From the NCBI RefSeq assembly GCF_009914755.1, contig NC_060946.1: a DNA stretch of 64,000 bases; one strand, given 5' to 3'. Source of the DNA: the human T2T-CHM13v2.0 reference genome, Homo sapiens. This document shows, piece after piece, positions 30,491-42,970 of the stretch (the first letter of the stretch is position 1; each line of letters starts with the position of its first letter). A program made the translations under genes and the position numbers. Below the pieces are notes generated by a model that was not told the DNA's origin, ran no database searches, and saw only the letters and a program-made list of their open reading frames with translations.

Positions 30491-33400
30491 ACTGTGGTGC
30501 CTGCAGCCATTGGAACCAGCTCTGCACGGCTCAGACCTGGGTGATGAGGACACAGCTTTGCAGGTGGGCAGCCACATCCCCAGGGGGAGACTGTGGGCCT
30601 GTGGCAGGGTAGGGGCAACCAGTGCAGGGGCTCCCCATTGTTGCCCCTGAGCTCCTGGGGCTTGTGGAGAAAGACAGGTGGATGCACACATACTGCAGCT
30701 CCCTGGATCTGAGCCTTGGTTTCCCTACCTGTGAAATGGGCACCCATGGCAGCTCAGAAGTGTCTGGGAGCATCCCCTGTGGGGGAAGGTGTGGGGGGCT
30801 GCTGGGGCACAGTCATGGGGAACCCCAGTCCCCCTCTCCATGTGCTTCCCTCAATGCTCCCTGATGCCAGCAGTCCTGCCCCCGAACAGAAAGGGGCATT
30901 CCTGTGAGTTCCTTGTGTGGGGGACTGGTCACAGAGACTCCCCAAGTGCAGGGCAGGGTGGAGGGAGGCTGAGGGGTGGTTGAATGGACAGTAGAAGAGC
31001 TCTCTCCAGTCCCTTGGGTCTGGGTGGCCTGGGGAGCATCCATTTGGGCAGGCAGCTGGTGGGGCTGGTGGCTGAGCCACTGTGGCTCGGGGACCCCAGG
31101 CCAGGACAGAGTAGGGTGGGCAGGGAGAGCAGAGTGCGAGCATATGGGGCAGGACAGGTGTCTCCTGGACAGAAAGAGCCCTGGTCACTCATGGCTGCAG
31201 CATAGCCATGGCGACAGGAAAGTGCTGCTGTACATTGTGCTCCTGGGGCTGGCTCCCAATGGACACCCAACAGCATCTCCCCCATTGTACTGTGGGATGC
31301 TGGCAGTGGTGCTGGGCACTGGGGTAAGAGCCTTGGCAAGCCCTTCGCTCCCTGGGTGTGAGACTTTGGGCTCCTGGATGCCTGGGTTTCTGTGTCCTAT
31401 TTTTCCCATGGAAGATGTTTGGGGTGCTCCCAGGAAATGGGGAGGGCCCTGGGGGGTCAGGATTGTATTATTAAAGCCAGAAAGTCTGGGGTTCCATTTT
31501 TAGCACAAGGCAGGCAGCCCATGAGCCCCAGCCCAGTGGCCAGCCTGTGTGGGAGGGGAGTGGGGGTCTGAAGGAGTGAGGCTTCTGTTACTGCAGGCTC
31601 CACAGCAGCCCCCCAGGGTGGCCCGTGTGGGCTGGACAGCGGGCACTGCACCAGGGGCTCTGGCGCCGACCTTGAGCCATGCATCTAATGCCTGTGAGAG
31701 TGATCTCTAGGAGCCACTGCACAAGGGGGCAGATGAGGGAACCCTGACATGGGACAGCCGAGGGCGACCCCAACACGGAGCGGGCAGCTGTGTCCAGGCT
31801 CCACTGGATTCCGCAGAGGACAGAACACAGCTCTGACTCCAGGGTGTGGGCTCACTGAGGGACAGGACAGGCTGGGGTTGGGAGAGGGCCATGCTGCAGC
31901 TGGGCCAGATCCCACCTGCACCCCTCAGATGGCAGGGCCTGGACGTCTCCATCCCCACCCTGACCCGGTCAGTAACAGCCATGGGCCAGCAGCCCCCAGC
32001 AACCCCTCCCTCTGTGAACTGCCAAGGACAGGAGGTACCACAGTCTCTTCCAGGCAAGAGCTGCTGGAGCCTTCTTTATTCTTGTGCTAGAAGCCCAGGG
32101 TGGGGAGAGGAGCCTGAGAACAGCCCAGTGTGGGCATCCACCTTCCTGCCCACTTTGGAGGTCTGAGTCACCTCCGGCCACTCTCCCAATCCCCAGGAGC
32201 CCAGAGGCTTCCTGGAGCAAGCCACACCTGATCTCCACCATGGGTAGGAGTTCAAGGCCAGGCCAACAGGGACTCCACAGAGGGGCCTGTGGGTTAGCAG
32301 CAGCTGCCAGTGTCCAGATGGCCTCAGGGGTGGGGGTTAGACAATCTGGAGGTCAGCAGGGAATTCAGCATGAGGAGACAGCCCTTAGGGTTCTGGCCCA
32401 GCAGCCCCAGGTGCTGGCTCTGCACTGAGTCATGAAGTTTGTGGGCCAGGGGCGTTGGCCTCTCTCTAGCTGAGAGTGACTTCCATCACTGCTGTCATTA
32501 GCCTCCCCTGCATCAACCTGTCCCTGGGGTGGGAGCACAGTTGGCACAGGGACCCTCAGGCCTTAGTTTTCCCTGCTGTAAAATGCATGTGATAGGCTGT
32601 CATGAGGTCTGAAGGAGTTAAAACCTGCCATGTGCTCAGGATGACACCTAGCTCGGTGCCTCCTACCCTGGTGCCACCATCCGGCATCAGAGATGAAATA
32701 CTTCTCCCAGGCCCCCTCCCCTGGCACCCCCCACACTCAGCTCTCCATCAGCCACCCCCTCCAGGGTGGGACAAGGAGGTCCTGAGCCTGATGGGGACCT
32801 GACAGGGCTGGGCAGCGCCACCTGGGCCTGGGCGATAATGGGAGCCTGAGTGTGGGGCCTGCATGGAAGGAGCCATTGTTTCTTGGGCCTCTTAGTGGCT
32901 ACTTCCCTAGAGTCTGGGAGAAGTGCTGCTGTTCAAGAGGGGACAGTGCCAGCAGCTCCTTCTGAGGCTGGGGTGGGCACAGCGTGGAGGGGCCTCACCT
33001 CCACCCACCTCCCATGGAGGTTCCTGGCTCTCCTGGAGGACTCCTTGCTACTGGGCTGAGGCACCAGGGCTGACCAGTCCCAGGATGGTGTTGGACAACC
33101 TGCATCCCCCTGCAGCAGGCAGGGAGGGCACTGCAGCCACCACCCACCCACACCTGACCCCTCCCTGGCCATCGTGTCTAGGGTGGCAGGGAGTGAAGCC
33201 CCCACCCAACAACCTCCCCCAGCTCAGGGGCCTTTGAGTTCACCACCATCTGCCTCACTGCAGGTTTCCCCTGTGCTGGGGGTGATTGCAGGGAGATGGT
33301 TCTTTGGCGTTCCCTGGGCAGGTCATTGCCTCAGCCCCTGCCTGGTGTCCTGGAGCAGCTTTGAGGAGCTACACGGACAGGACACCAACTGTCTGCAGCC

Positions 33401-34959
33401 CCCAGGTGAGGCTTGGCTGCTGTGTCCCACTGCCTCTGCTCCTGGCTGTCAAAGCCCCATGGTAACAGCATCCAGGGTGAATTTAAATGGCACCCCAAAG
33501 AATAAGAGTGGGCCTGGGTGTCACTGTAGTGGCTGGTGGCTTGTGACAAGTAGTGTGGCTTCCGTGGTGATGAGAAGTGACAGTTCCCCCTGAATCTGCA
33601 CTGGAGAGAAGGTCCTGGAAGCTTTCAGGCCCACCCTCCAGGGTCTGGGTCTGCATCTCTGAGAGTGGCTGGGTGAGCAGAAGAATCCTGACTGCCTGGC
33701 AGTCGGGTTTGGAGCTGGGGAGGGCTGGGCCTGGTTAGCAATGAGCCTATCACAGTGAACCAGAGCTCAAGATAAAGCGAGAGGCCTAGCCCAGACACCT
33801 CCTTCCCTGGTCCCAGCCCCTGTGCCTTGGCCTGTGCAGTGGAAGCCAGGCTCCCTCCTCCAGGAAGTCTTCCCTGCACTTCCTGCTCACACACAGCCTC
33901 TCCCAGATTTCTCCCCATCCAGGCTGAGTAGGATTCCCAAGAAGGCTCCTCCCTGAGCCAACTGCCTGCAGTCAACATTATCACCTCCCCCAGTGAATGG
34001 CAGTAGTGTTTTTCATCTTCAGCAGTGGCCTCTGGAGGGGTCCTAGCAGGTCGGGGAGAGAGGTCTGAGTTAGTCCCACGTGAAAGGCAGCCCATGCCTC
34101 TCCTCCCAGCAACCCCTAGCAGCAACTTCCACCTGGCTGACCCCACCCAGCTCACAGAGTTGCCCAGCTGGGTGTCCTTGTGGTTGATTGGGGGGAAGGG
34201 GCTGTTACCTCCCGGTCCCCTTCAGGCTGAGACAAGAGCCCTGTGGGTCTGGATCTTGCAGATGGGACCCCCACCCACATGCTCTCCAGGTGGATGCCCA
34301 CCCTGAGCTGTTCTCAGGCCCCTCTCCCCACACTGGGCCCACACCCCGGAGGGAACTCCATGTACCCCTGCCGATCTGCCCATCTGAGCCTCAGGGGTCC
34401 TGGGCACTGAGAGCTGGGCTGGGCTGAGCTCAGGTACACACTGTCATTGGGGACGGAGAGGGGATGCTGAAGTGGGTGCTTCTGCGTGGGGCCTGCCTGG
34501 AGGATCGCCACAGCAGGTGCACCCAGCAGCCAGACCAGCTTCTAGCAGAATAAGCGCACTGTCACAGGGGTATGTGAGCTGAGGCTGGGGGCCTGGAGGT
34601 GCAGGGGGAGGAGTTGGGGAGATGCAGAGGCCCCAAAGATGTCCCAAGTCCCTAAGACTCTGGTGAGGGAATGGAGGAGCCAGCACTGGTGGGGAAGTGG
34701 GCAGGGGGAACTGGATGGCCTGGCTCTGAGCTGGACACACGGTCTGCACCCACACTTGAGCTGTGCTGTGAAGGCCCAGTCCCCACCTGGGCATGTCCTG
34801 TCCTCTGAGGCACAGGGATTCCTCCCCCTCAGCTCTGACCCCTCATCTCCAACTGTTGGGATGACGAGTCCATAGGCAGAGCCAGCCTCACAGGGGACCC
34901 AAAGGCCAGTTCAGATGGACAGCAACTGGAGGTCCCACCGGGCACACACACACACTGTG

Positions 34960-37900
34960 CAGAAAGCTAACGCACTGTTTATTTGGGGGATTGGGGGGAA
35001 GCACCGTGCCGCTGCTCACTGGTAGCCAGCCAGCTGCAGAATGGTGGGGTAGCAAGTACGATGGGCCATGCACTTCTGGCGGTCGATGAAGACACTGTTG
35101 GTCATGGCGGTGACGTCCTTCTCCAGGCTCATGTGGATGTCCTTGAGGTTGCGCAGGGACTGCTCCGCTTGTAGAAGCTTCTCCCGCAGCGCTGTGATGG
35201 ACTTGTACAGCTCCTCCACCTCACTCACCAGCTTGGGGGTGTTGGGGGGTGTGAGCTGGGGCTGGGGAGGGCAGAAGTATGCACCTACTGGGGTGGAGGG
35301 GACCCAAAACTCCCAATGGGAGCTGGCAGGAGGTCCTGGGAAGACGCCATGAAAGGATCCTACCAGGAAAGCGGCTCTAGGGCAGAGCATAAATTACGAG
35401 GGTCCTCCCAGGGAGCGCGGACCTGAGTGGGAATGAGTGACCCGCGTGCAATCTCGACCCTGACAGGACAGGACTGGCCTCAGCCGACCAGGCTCAGTTC
35501 TTTCCATTCCTGATATTTGACGGAAGGAGGCACCCAGTTCCTTGAAGGAACTGAGGGGCAGGGAAGGAAGAAAGGTACTTAGGCTCAGAAGGGGCCACCA
35601 GGCATCCGTTAACAAGGGAAACAAAAGGACGGCCCATCTATGCCTGTAGCCCAGGCGTAGGTCATACTTTCCACCAGAGGTGGGGACAGCACCCTCAGGG
35701 CAGCAGGGAATGGCCCTCTCTGGCCTCTCTGGCCCCGTGGCCTCCAGGAGCTCACCTTGTCTGAAGGAGCTTCCTCCCGGGAAGATGAGGTAGCACAGGG
35801 TGGGGTGAGACCACGTGGGCACAGGTCCCTGGCACGGGGAGGCCCCCGACCCATGACCTGCCCAGTGTCATGTCTATATCTGTGTGTTTAAGGCGTGCTT
35901 GCATGTTGTGTGTGGCCGCAGAGTCTCCCTCCCCTCTCAGCACCTGTGGGGGATGTGTGTGTGGAGATTGGAGTGTTTATTGGAGAGGGTCGCAGCGAGG
36001 AGGTGGACGGGGGCACCTGGGACTGCCTCAGAGGCCCAGGCAGTACCTGAACTGGGCTGCATCGCGGCACAGCTGCATGTTGGGCCGGTGTGAGAGCAGC
36101 TACAGCCGGGTCTGGGCTATGTGCAGAGGTTCCTCCTTGTCCTTGATGGCCTCCTTCAGTGCCACCACGTTGTGTTCCTGATCTGTGATTTCCCGCAGCA
36201 TCTGCAGACAGGACAGTGCCCCTTGGGCCTGTGCCCCCATGCCCGGGCATATGGAATGTAGAGACCAGTCTGGTCCTACCCAGCTCCTGGGGCTGTGTCC
36301 AGAGGGTGGTCCTGACCAGTGGCCCTGGGGAGGCGTGGGTGAGGGGAACAATGTGCACGGGGCCCCCAGCGGGCTCTGGAGAGTCAGGCAGCCTGTTGTC
36401 TCTTAGCTCTGGTCCAAGAACCCCCATCCTTGGTGGTCACCAGGACCCAAATCCTGCTCAAGGACTGGGGACTCAGAGGTGGTAAAGGCCATGCTGAGGC
36501 CCTAGAGTCAGAGCCCTGCCTGCCAGGCCAGGACTCTTGGGGACCTCCCAGGCAGTCAATGCTCCCCAGACCAGCTCCTGCCTCCATCCTCCCCACAGCT
36601 CCTCCTTCTCAGTCATGGGGGTTGCAACACACTGCGATCATACCCAGTGTCACCTGGTTTTACATAGGTTTACGGAGAGGTGACACTTGCTTCTGGGGTC
36701 CCTCGGGATAAGTGGGACAGAGGAGAAAGGTGTTGAGGGCCCAGGCCAGGTGATGAGAGGGGGCAGAGTGGTGGGCAGGCGCCGGAGCCGTCTTCGGGGT
36801 TCAGGGTGCCCCACCTTGTGCAGGTGGTGCTGCAGCTTGTGCCGCGCGTCCTCCAGTTCCTCACAGCGGCGCCCGAAGGCCAGGTTCACGGCGTCACACT
36901 GGAGTCCCAGGTCCTCGGAGGTGTCGCGAAGGATGCAGTCCACCAGCACCCACAGGTTGGCCGAGTCCAGGCGCTCGCGCTGGGCGTGGCACAGATTGTC
37001 CTGTGTGAACTTGGTCCGGGTCTCTGGGGTGGAGGCGCTGCGGGGCTGGGGACAGCCAGGAGAGGGTCAGGGAGGCTATGCCAGTGGCTGGGGGCCCTGC
37101 CGCGCCCCCATTCCCTGTCTGCACCCCATGCTCCTGGAGGAACTGCATGGACTCCAATGCACCCCGTGCAGACTCACAAAGCCCAGTCCCCCAAGCTCCC
37201 TGCCTCCGAGTGCCCCCCGCCCACAACTCCCCTGAGTCCACCCACACCCTACCCACCCCGGGCACTTAGTCCCCTCCTGCCCCCGCGACCCCGTTCCCAG
37301 CACCGCTGCCCCCGAGGCCCCCTCTGCAGCACCTCTGTCCCCCGCAGCCCCCCTTCCCTAGTACCCAGCGCCCGCGTCCGCTTCTCGCACCCAGGAGTTT
37401 GCTATGCTCAAGTGGGCGGTGTTCGTGCTCCCTCTGCTGGCCTTGGGTGGAAATGCAATCCTGCCGGTGCCTGGGGCTGACCGCACCCCACCCTGTCCTG
37501 TCTACGGGCAACCAGGCTGTGCACGCGCTGGGCACTTGAGGAGGTCTTGCATGCTTTCTCATGCCAGGGGCAGACAGTTGCCCAAGTGCCCTCCGGGGCG
37601 AGGGCCTCTGGGCCAGGCTGGGGGAAGCAGTGCCGCTGGGGCCCCCAGGCAGAGGGAGGCGAGACCACAGCCAGGGCAAGCACGGGGCAGAGCTGGGGCC
37701 CCCCTCTCTTGGAAGGTGGTGGAGTGCCGGATGAGCCTGCACCTCGGTGCTCTGGCTGTGGTGGCGCCCGCAAGTCTTGTCGAGGTTGTAGGCCTCCACC
37801 TTGTCCGACCAGTCCATCTCGCAGATCTCCATGTGCTCTCAGTTCAGTCTGGGGCGGGGTGGGGCAGGGCCTTGGTGTGTGGCCAGGGAGGGCCCCGCTG

Positions 37901-40211
37901 GGGACCCTCCATGCTGCAGGCTAGGACTTCATGCCCGCTTCAGGAGGGAGCTCTGGGCCGGCTGTCCTCGTGCTCAGCAGTGACCAAGAGCTGCCGCCCA
38001 TGCTGGGAGGCTGCAGAGCAGTTGTGGCACTGGGCTTTGGCCACTCAAACTCAGGCTGGTCCGGAACCTCCCCCACCCAGCCCTGTGCTCCCACTGTGAC
38101 CTGGGACAGCCCCTGCCGGCTCTGAGCTTCAGGGTCCTGTCGTTCAATGCCTTGCCCCAGGACCAGCCGTGGGTGGGGTCAGGAGTCATCCCTTGGGCAG
38201 CCCTCGACCCACCAGATCTGGCTCACTGCTTGCATGATGGCTCTCTTCAGCAGCTCCTGAATGTTCCGGATGAGCTCAGCTTCCTGAGGGAGGAGACGCC
38301 CTGAGCACCAGAGCCGGTCCTTGGTGAGGATCCCAGGAGGCCCAGCTGCTGCAGGCCTTGGTCAACACCTGAGCAACCAGAAATAGTTGAATGCCGGGCC
38401 TGAGCTCTGACTGTGCAAGTTCTGCTCTCTCACTGGGTTTATCCTGGGCTTTTGGGCATTCTCCTTGGTGCGTTGTAAGTGGGGTGTTTTCCTCCAGGGC
38501 CTTCTATGGGCTGCTGGGAAGGTCACTCAGTGGCAGTTCCCACGCCCCAGGCCTCAAGAGTCATCACTGCTGCTCACTCAGTGCACCCAGGAACGTTGGC
38601 CTGTCCCTGGCCTCTGGACAGCTCCTGAGGACCCAAACTCTGGGGGCCCAGATGCCCGCCCAGGCTGCCCCTCAGGGCTCTGTGTTGGGAAAGACCATCC
38701 TCACACCAAGAGCAGGAGGAAGACCCTGTGTTTCTTCTTACTGCCTGGCCAGTTTAATTTTCTGTGTGTAGGAACAAGACTTTTTTCCCTGTGATTGGGG
38801 TCTTTGCCTGGACCACCAGCTACCTCCTTGTGTGCCAGAGCCCGAGTCCTGCACCCCTCTGTCCCTGGGTTTTCCTCTTCCTGCACTGTCAGTGTCTCCA
38901 TCACTTCGCAGGCACCCTTGTTGCAGGCAGAGGGTTTGCGGGAGCTGCAGCAGTTCTTGAGGCACTGAGAGGGTGCAGGGGGATAGGCCTGCAGAAGGGG
39001 AAGGGAGGGAGGAGGGAAGGCATGAGGGGAGGGAGGGACTCAAGGGTTCTTGCCTGAGTTTGGGGGTATGGCAGGAGACCAGCTGCCTCCACCCCACATC
39101 TTTCACAAATGTCTACAGGCCTGTAGTGGTTCTCATGGAGGCCCCAGGCTCTGAGAGCTCAGGGAATTCTCCAGAGCCAGCATCAGGGCCAGGACTGAGT
39201 TACTTCCTCACCCTATGGGGTTGCCCCATAGACAAGCTGGGCTGGATTGGGAAGTTACAGGTGACATGGAGAAGGGGACCTGTGGGTGCAGATCTTCGTG
39301 TCCCTGGCTCTGTATAGGATGAATGGGAGCAGTGGCTCCCAGCCTATCCCACCCTACCTGTCCACACCCGCAGTGCTGGCCCAGACCTCGGTTTCCACCT
39401 CGGGAGCAACTGTCCCAACCAGGGAGGGTCTCTGGGGAGCCCAGGGTCAGGATGACTGTGCCAGGACTCAAAGGTATTGGAGGAGGAGAGGAGAAACAGC
39501 TGCTTGGAAGTCAGGGGCCTTCTGGGGCAAAACTGCCTCCTGTCACTAAGGGGTCAGATTTCGGGACTCAGGGGTCTCACGCACAGAGGGCTGGTCTCCC
39601 GTGTGCTTGCAGCAGCCACGTGGCTTGTCCACATGAACTGCCGGGGGCTCCTCCTCTCTGTGCCCACAAGTCCTGGCCACCCAAGGCTGCTGGCACCTTC
39701 AGCAGCTCTGTCTCCACATGGTCACGCAAAAGGTTGGTGTGCTGGTGGCGCTGGCTGCACTGCATGTTGTCAGTGGTGATGGAGAAGGGCACCTCCATGG
39801 CATCCAGGGCGCGCTCCAGCCGTTGCTTCTGGGCCAGCAGCAGGTCGGTCTCCGCAGCCAGTGCCTCCACCTCACGCTGCAGCTCCGACTTCCAGCTGTT
39901 CGTGTCCTGCAGTCGCTCGCCCACCCTGCACGTGGAGTCTTGCTGTGTCGGCTGTGCCAGTGCCTGGGTCTCTGCGGCCAGCTGCTGGCTCTCGTGCCCC
40001 TGCAGCTCCCGCTCTGACTGGTTGCAGTTGGCGAAGGCCTGGCGGTAGCGAGCATAGCAGTTCTGGAACCACACCTCCAGCCAGCGGTGGCCAGGCCGGA
40101 GGACGTGTAGGCGCCCGTGTTTCTGGCCACGTCATACTCTTTGCAGGGCAGCTCGTAGGGTGGCACTGTCTGTGGGGCCAGCTCTGGTAGGAGCACATCC
40201 GTCTGCACCAT
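34960..40211 (-). pseudogene. TEKT4: Unprocessed tektin-4 pseudogene, six exons: 40211-39697, 38283-38213, 37848-37704, 37037-36815, 36201-36047, 35232-35016
   Basis: Exon translations match tektin-4: ELPCKEYDVARNTGAYTSSGLAT; WFQNCYARY...ETELLK; EAELIRNIQELLKR; EMDWSDKVEAYN; LVDCILRDTSEDL; REITDQEHNV...RPNMQLCRD (tektin signature); EKLLQAEQSLRNL...LQLAGYQ*. Disabled by a frameshift near 40080, stops, and two lost splice sites. AATAAA at 34978-34983 (-). Symbol is the parent gene; the specific TEKT4P copy is not determined. Confidence 0.96.
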
Positions 40212-40329
40212 GGTGTCTGCCGCCCACCAGGGCCAGGGGAGTGAGGAGTGTGTGTGGTCAGCTTGTTGCGGTCAGCCCAGTGCAGTCATCGGTCGGCTCC
40301 AACGGCTCAGTCCCAGAGCAGGACCTGGC

Positions 40330-40430
40330 TCCCAGTCGCTTGGGTGACACAGTAAACCAAGAGCTTCCTGTTGCCAAGAAACGGGATCTCTTCTCCAGTG
40401 GCTAGGGGAGGGGGCATTCAGGGCGGTGGG
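40330..40430 (-). promoter_or_regulatory. Candidate ciliary-gene promoter upstream of the TEKT4 pseudogene ATG: two X-box-like motifs, a forkhead-like motif and a GC box
   Basis: GTCGCTTGGGTGAC 40335-40348, GTAAACCA 40352-40359, GTTGCCAAGAAAC 40370-40382, GGGCGG 40421. All lie 120-215 bp upstream of the ATG at 40211. Confidence 0.5.
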
Positions 40431-42724
40431 CAGAATTGCCCTCTTAAAGGGCCAGGCAGCCCCAGCCCCACCATCCCTGTCCCCACCTCGGGGCAATCAA
40501 CAGTGGCCAAGGGTTCCTGTCACTTAGAGGATCCCAGGGCCAGCCCGTCTCCAGCCTCTGTGTCCCACTCTTAGGGTTCAGGGTGTGGGTGGGGACCTAC
40601 TGCCCTGGCCCCTTCGTTGATTCATCCATTTGTTCCTAGTTTGCTCTCTGATCCTGTCCTGTGCGGAGCTCTGCGCTCAGGGTGAACAAGACAGAGGAGG
40701 CTCTGCCCACCTGCCCCCTCAGGGCAGAGGGCTGTGGCTGTTGTGTGGATGTTGGGTGTGCTGAGTGATAGTGTTACTTGATGCCGTACAGGTGGCTGCT
40801 CTCCCTGCCCTCCTGGCCCCAACAGCAGCCTGGTAGCACAGGGAGGGTCCCAGGCCAGGCCCCCTCAGGGGCAGTCTGAGGCAGTTCCTGCAGGGACTCC
40901 GCTCCATTTTCTCCTGGACCTAGTGCCTGAGAGCCAGGCCCTGGCCTCTGGCCTTCTCCTCCCAAGTCCCAGCCAGGGTCCTCTCAGGCTGGGCACAGTG
41001 GGGAGGGAGGGAGTCTGAGTGTGCTTTTCCCTGGGGAGTTGAATTCAGCCTCTGGGTAAGTGTCCAGAGTCAGATGCCCAACTCTGCCCCACAGGGCGGA
41101 GGCAGGTCCTGTGCTGCCGAGGCTGCCCTGAAAGCCACCCAGGGCCATGCTGCCTGGCAGAGGCTGGATGGGCAGGAAGCGCCCCAGGACACATCGGAGT
41201 CCCCCAAACCTGGGGCCAGGGGAGCCCCAGCCTAGGCGCGATTCCCCACGCAGCCAGCGGAGGGTGGCGTTGGTCTGGCGGTGAGAAGCCTGCGGCTCCT
41301 GGCTCGGCCTCCCCTCCGCCTGCCTGGCGCATGCAGTCCTGGGGACCCCAGCCCCTCCGGCCTCCTCTTCCCTGAGAATCCCGCACCAGAAAGTCCTCGC
41401 TAGGAAGTCCATGCCCTTCCTACAGCACAGGCCCCTGGGCCCCTGTTCCTTCCACCTTCACCTCCTCTCTCACCACAGCCCACACCCTCACTCCAGCCAC
41501 AGGAGCCGGGGCTCCTCCTGGGCCATTTCTACCACCCCGCCCAAGTCTCACCAGCACAACCATGTGCCGGCCAGTGCCCTCCTCCTGGACCTGACCTCCC
41601 CCGGACCTGACCTCTCCCGTGGCCAGAACCCTCAGTCCATGCAGCTGTCACCACGGTGCGCCTGGCCTGACACAGCCTCCTGATGGGGCTTTGAGGACAG
41701 CAGCCAGTAGACTTACCCCAACCCAGGCCGAGCCAGAACCTATTGCAGGTGGCCTGGGAACCTCTTCTCACTGTCCGTCAAGATTGGGAGGTCAGCGGAC
41801 CTTCAGGGACTGGTGTGGTCTGAGAAACATCCTTGAGCCTCGCCATGACTCAGTTTCCCCAGATGGCATCAGGCTGGAGCCCATGCAGGGCAGGATGCCA
41901 GGCTCCACCTTTTGTCTGGAACCTGCATTCACTGGGCACCTCTCTGTAGGCATAGCAGAGCAGAGCTCCCTGTTTCTGTCCCTGATCTGCAGCCCCAGGA
42001 GCCCGAGAGACCACCTAAGCCAAGGGGAAGGCCTCTGGGCCAGAGCCCAGCTCTGCGAAGTGGGAGACCTCTCAGCCACCACTTCCAGGTGCCCTGAAGT
42101 CGTTGGCAGGGGGTGCTGCCTACTTGGGGCTCCCAGACTAAGGGAACACATTCACCTGGTGACCACAATAGGCCCTGCAGGCTGAGGCACAGGATTTGAC
42201 CAAGGACGCATCAGAGTTAGGGGACTGGGCCCTGACTCCTGCCAGCTGCAAACTCCCAAAGCCCCCAGCCCTCTCATGGGGTGAAGACACCCTGAAGGAC
42301 ACTCCAGTGTGCTCCCACCTCTGGGTTCTGCCAGCCAGAGAGTGGGACTCTCAGGCCACATGTGTCTTGCTGGATCTCAGCTTCAGGGACCCAGGGTGCT
42401 GGCAGCTCTCTGAGACCTGGGTCAGGGGGTGTCCATTAGAGCACCTTGGTCAGGACCCAGAGATAGGGAGGGCAGGGCTAAGAGCACCCCAGGCAGTTGG
42501 CATCTCCAGAAAGCAGGAGGTAGGGCATGGCTCTGTGACAGATGTTCCATGACAGGGAGGATTGGAGGGACAGAGGGACGTGCTCAGGGGCTGAGGGGCA
42601 GACGAGGCCACCAAAGGGCACCTTGGACACTGGATGGCCCCAGGAAGGCCCCTGAACCCCATCCTGATTGATCCAGGGCCAGTGACCTTGGCCCAGACTG
42701 CAGGCCTGGGAATTCAGGTTCCTT

Positions 42725-42970
42725 TAGTTTCTTAAGAAACTACTATACTCCTTTTTGGCATAGCTGTACGATTTTACATTCCCACCAGTCATGTGTGAAA
42801 GCTCCAGTTTTTACTCATGCTCCCCAGCGTTTGATGTTTTATTTTTATTTTAGCTATTCTGATATATATGTGTTAGTCATTGTGGTCTTAATTTGCAAAT
42901 TTCTAATGACTAATGATATTTAACATCTTTTCCTGTTCATAATTAAATACCATCTGTATTCCTTTTCACA
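42725..42970 (-). mobile_element. L1M fragment at the GC-rich to AT-rich junction
   Basis: ttttacattcccaccag...ttttagctattctgat...taatgactaatgatattt. Confidence 0.65.

Noticed and set aside
35016-40211. Functional TEKT4 gene
   Set aside because: Frameshifts, three in-frame stops and two destroyed splice sites.
30359-42671. Dense ORFs in the GC-rich block outside the TEKT4 exons
   Set aside because: Stop codons are rare at high GC. The ORFs show no recognisable domains, and many are antisense or alternate frames of TEKT4 exons.
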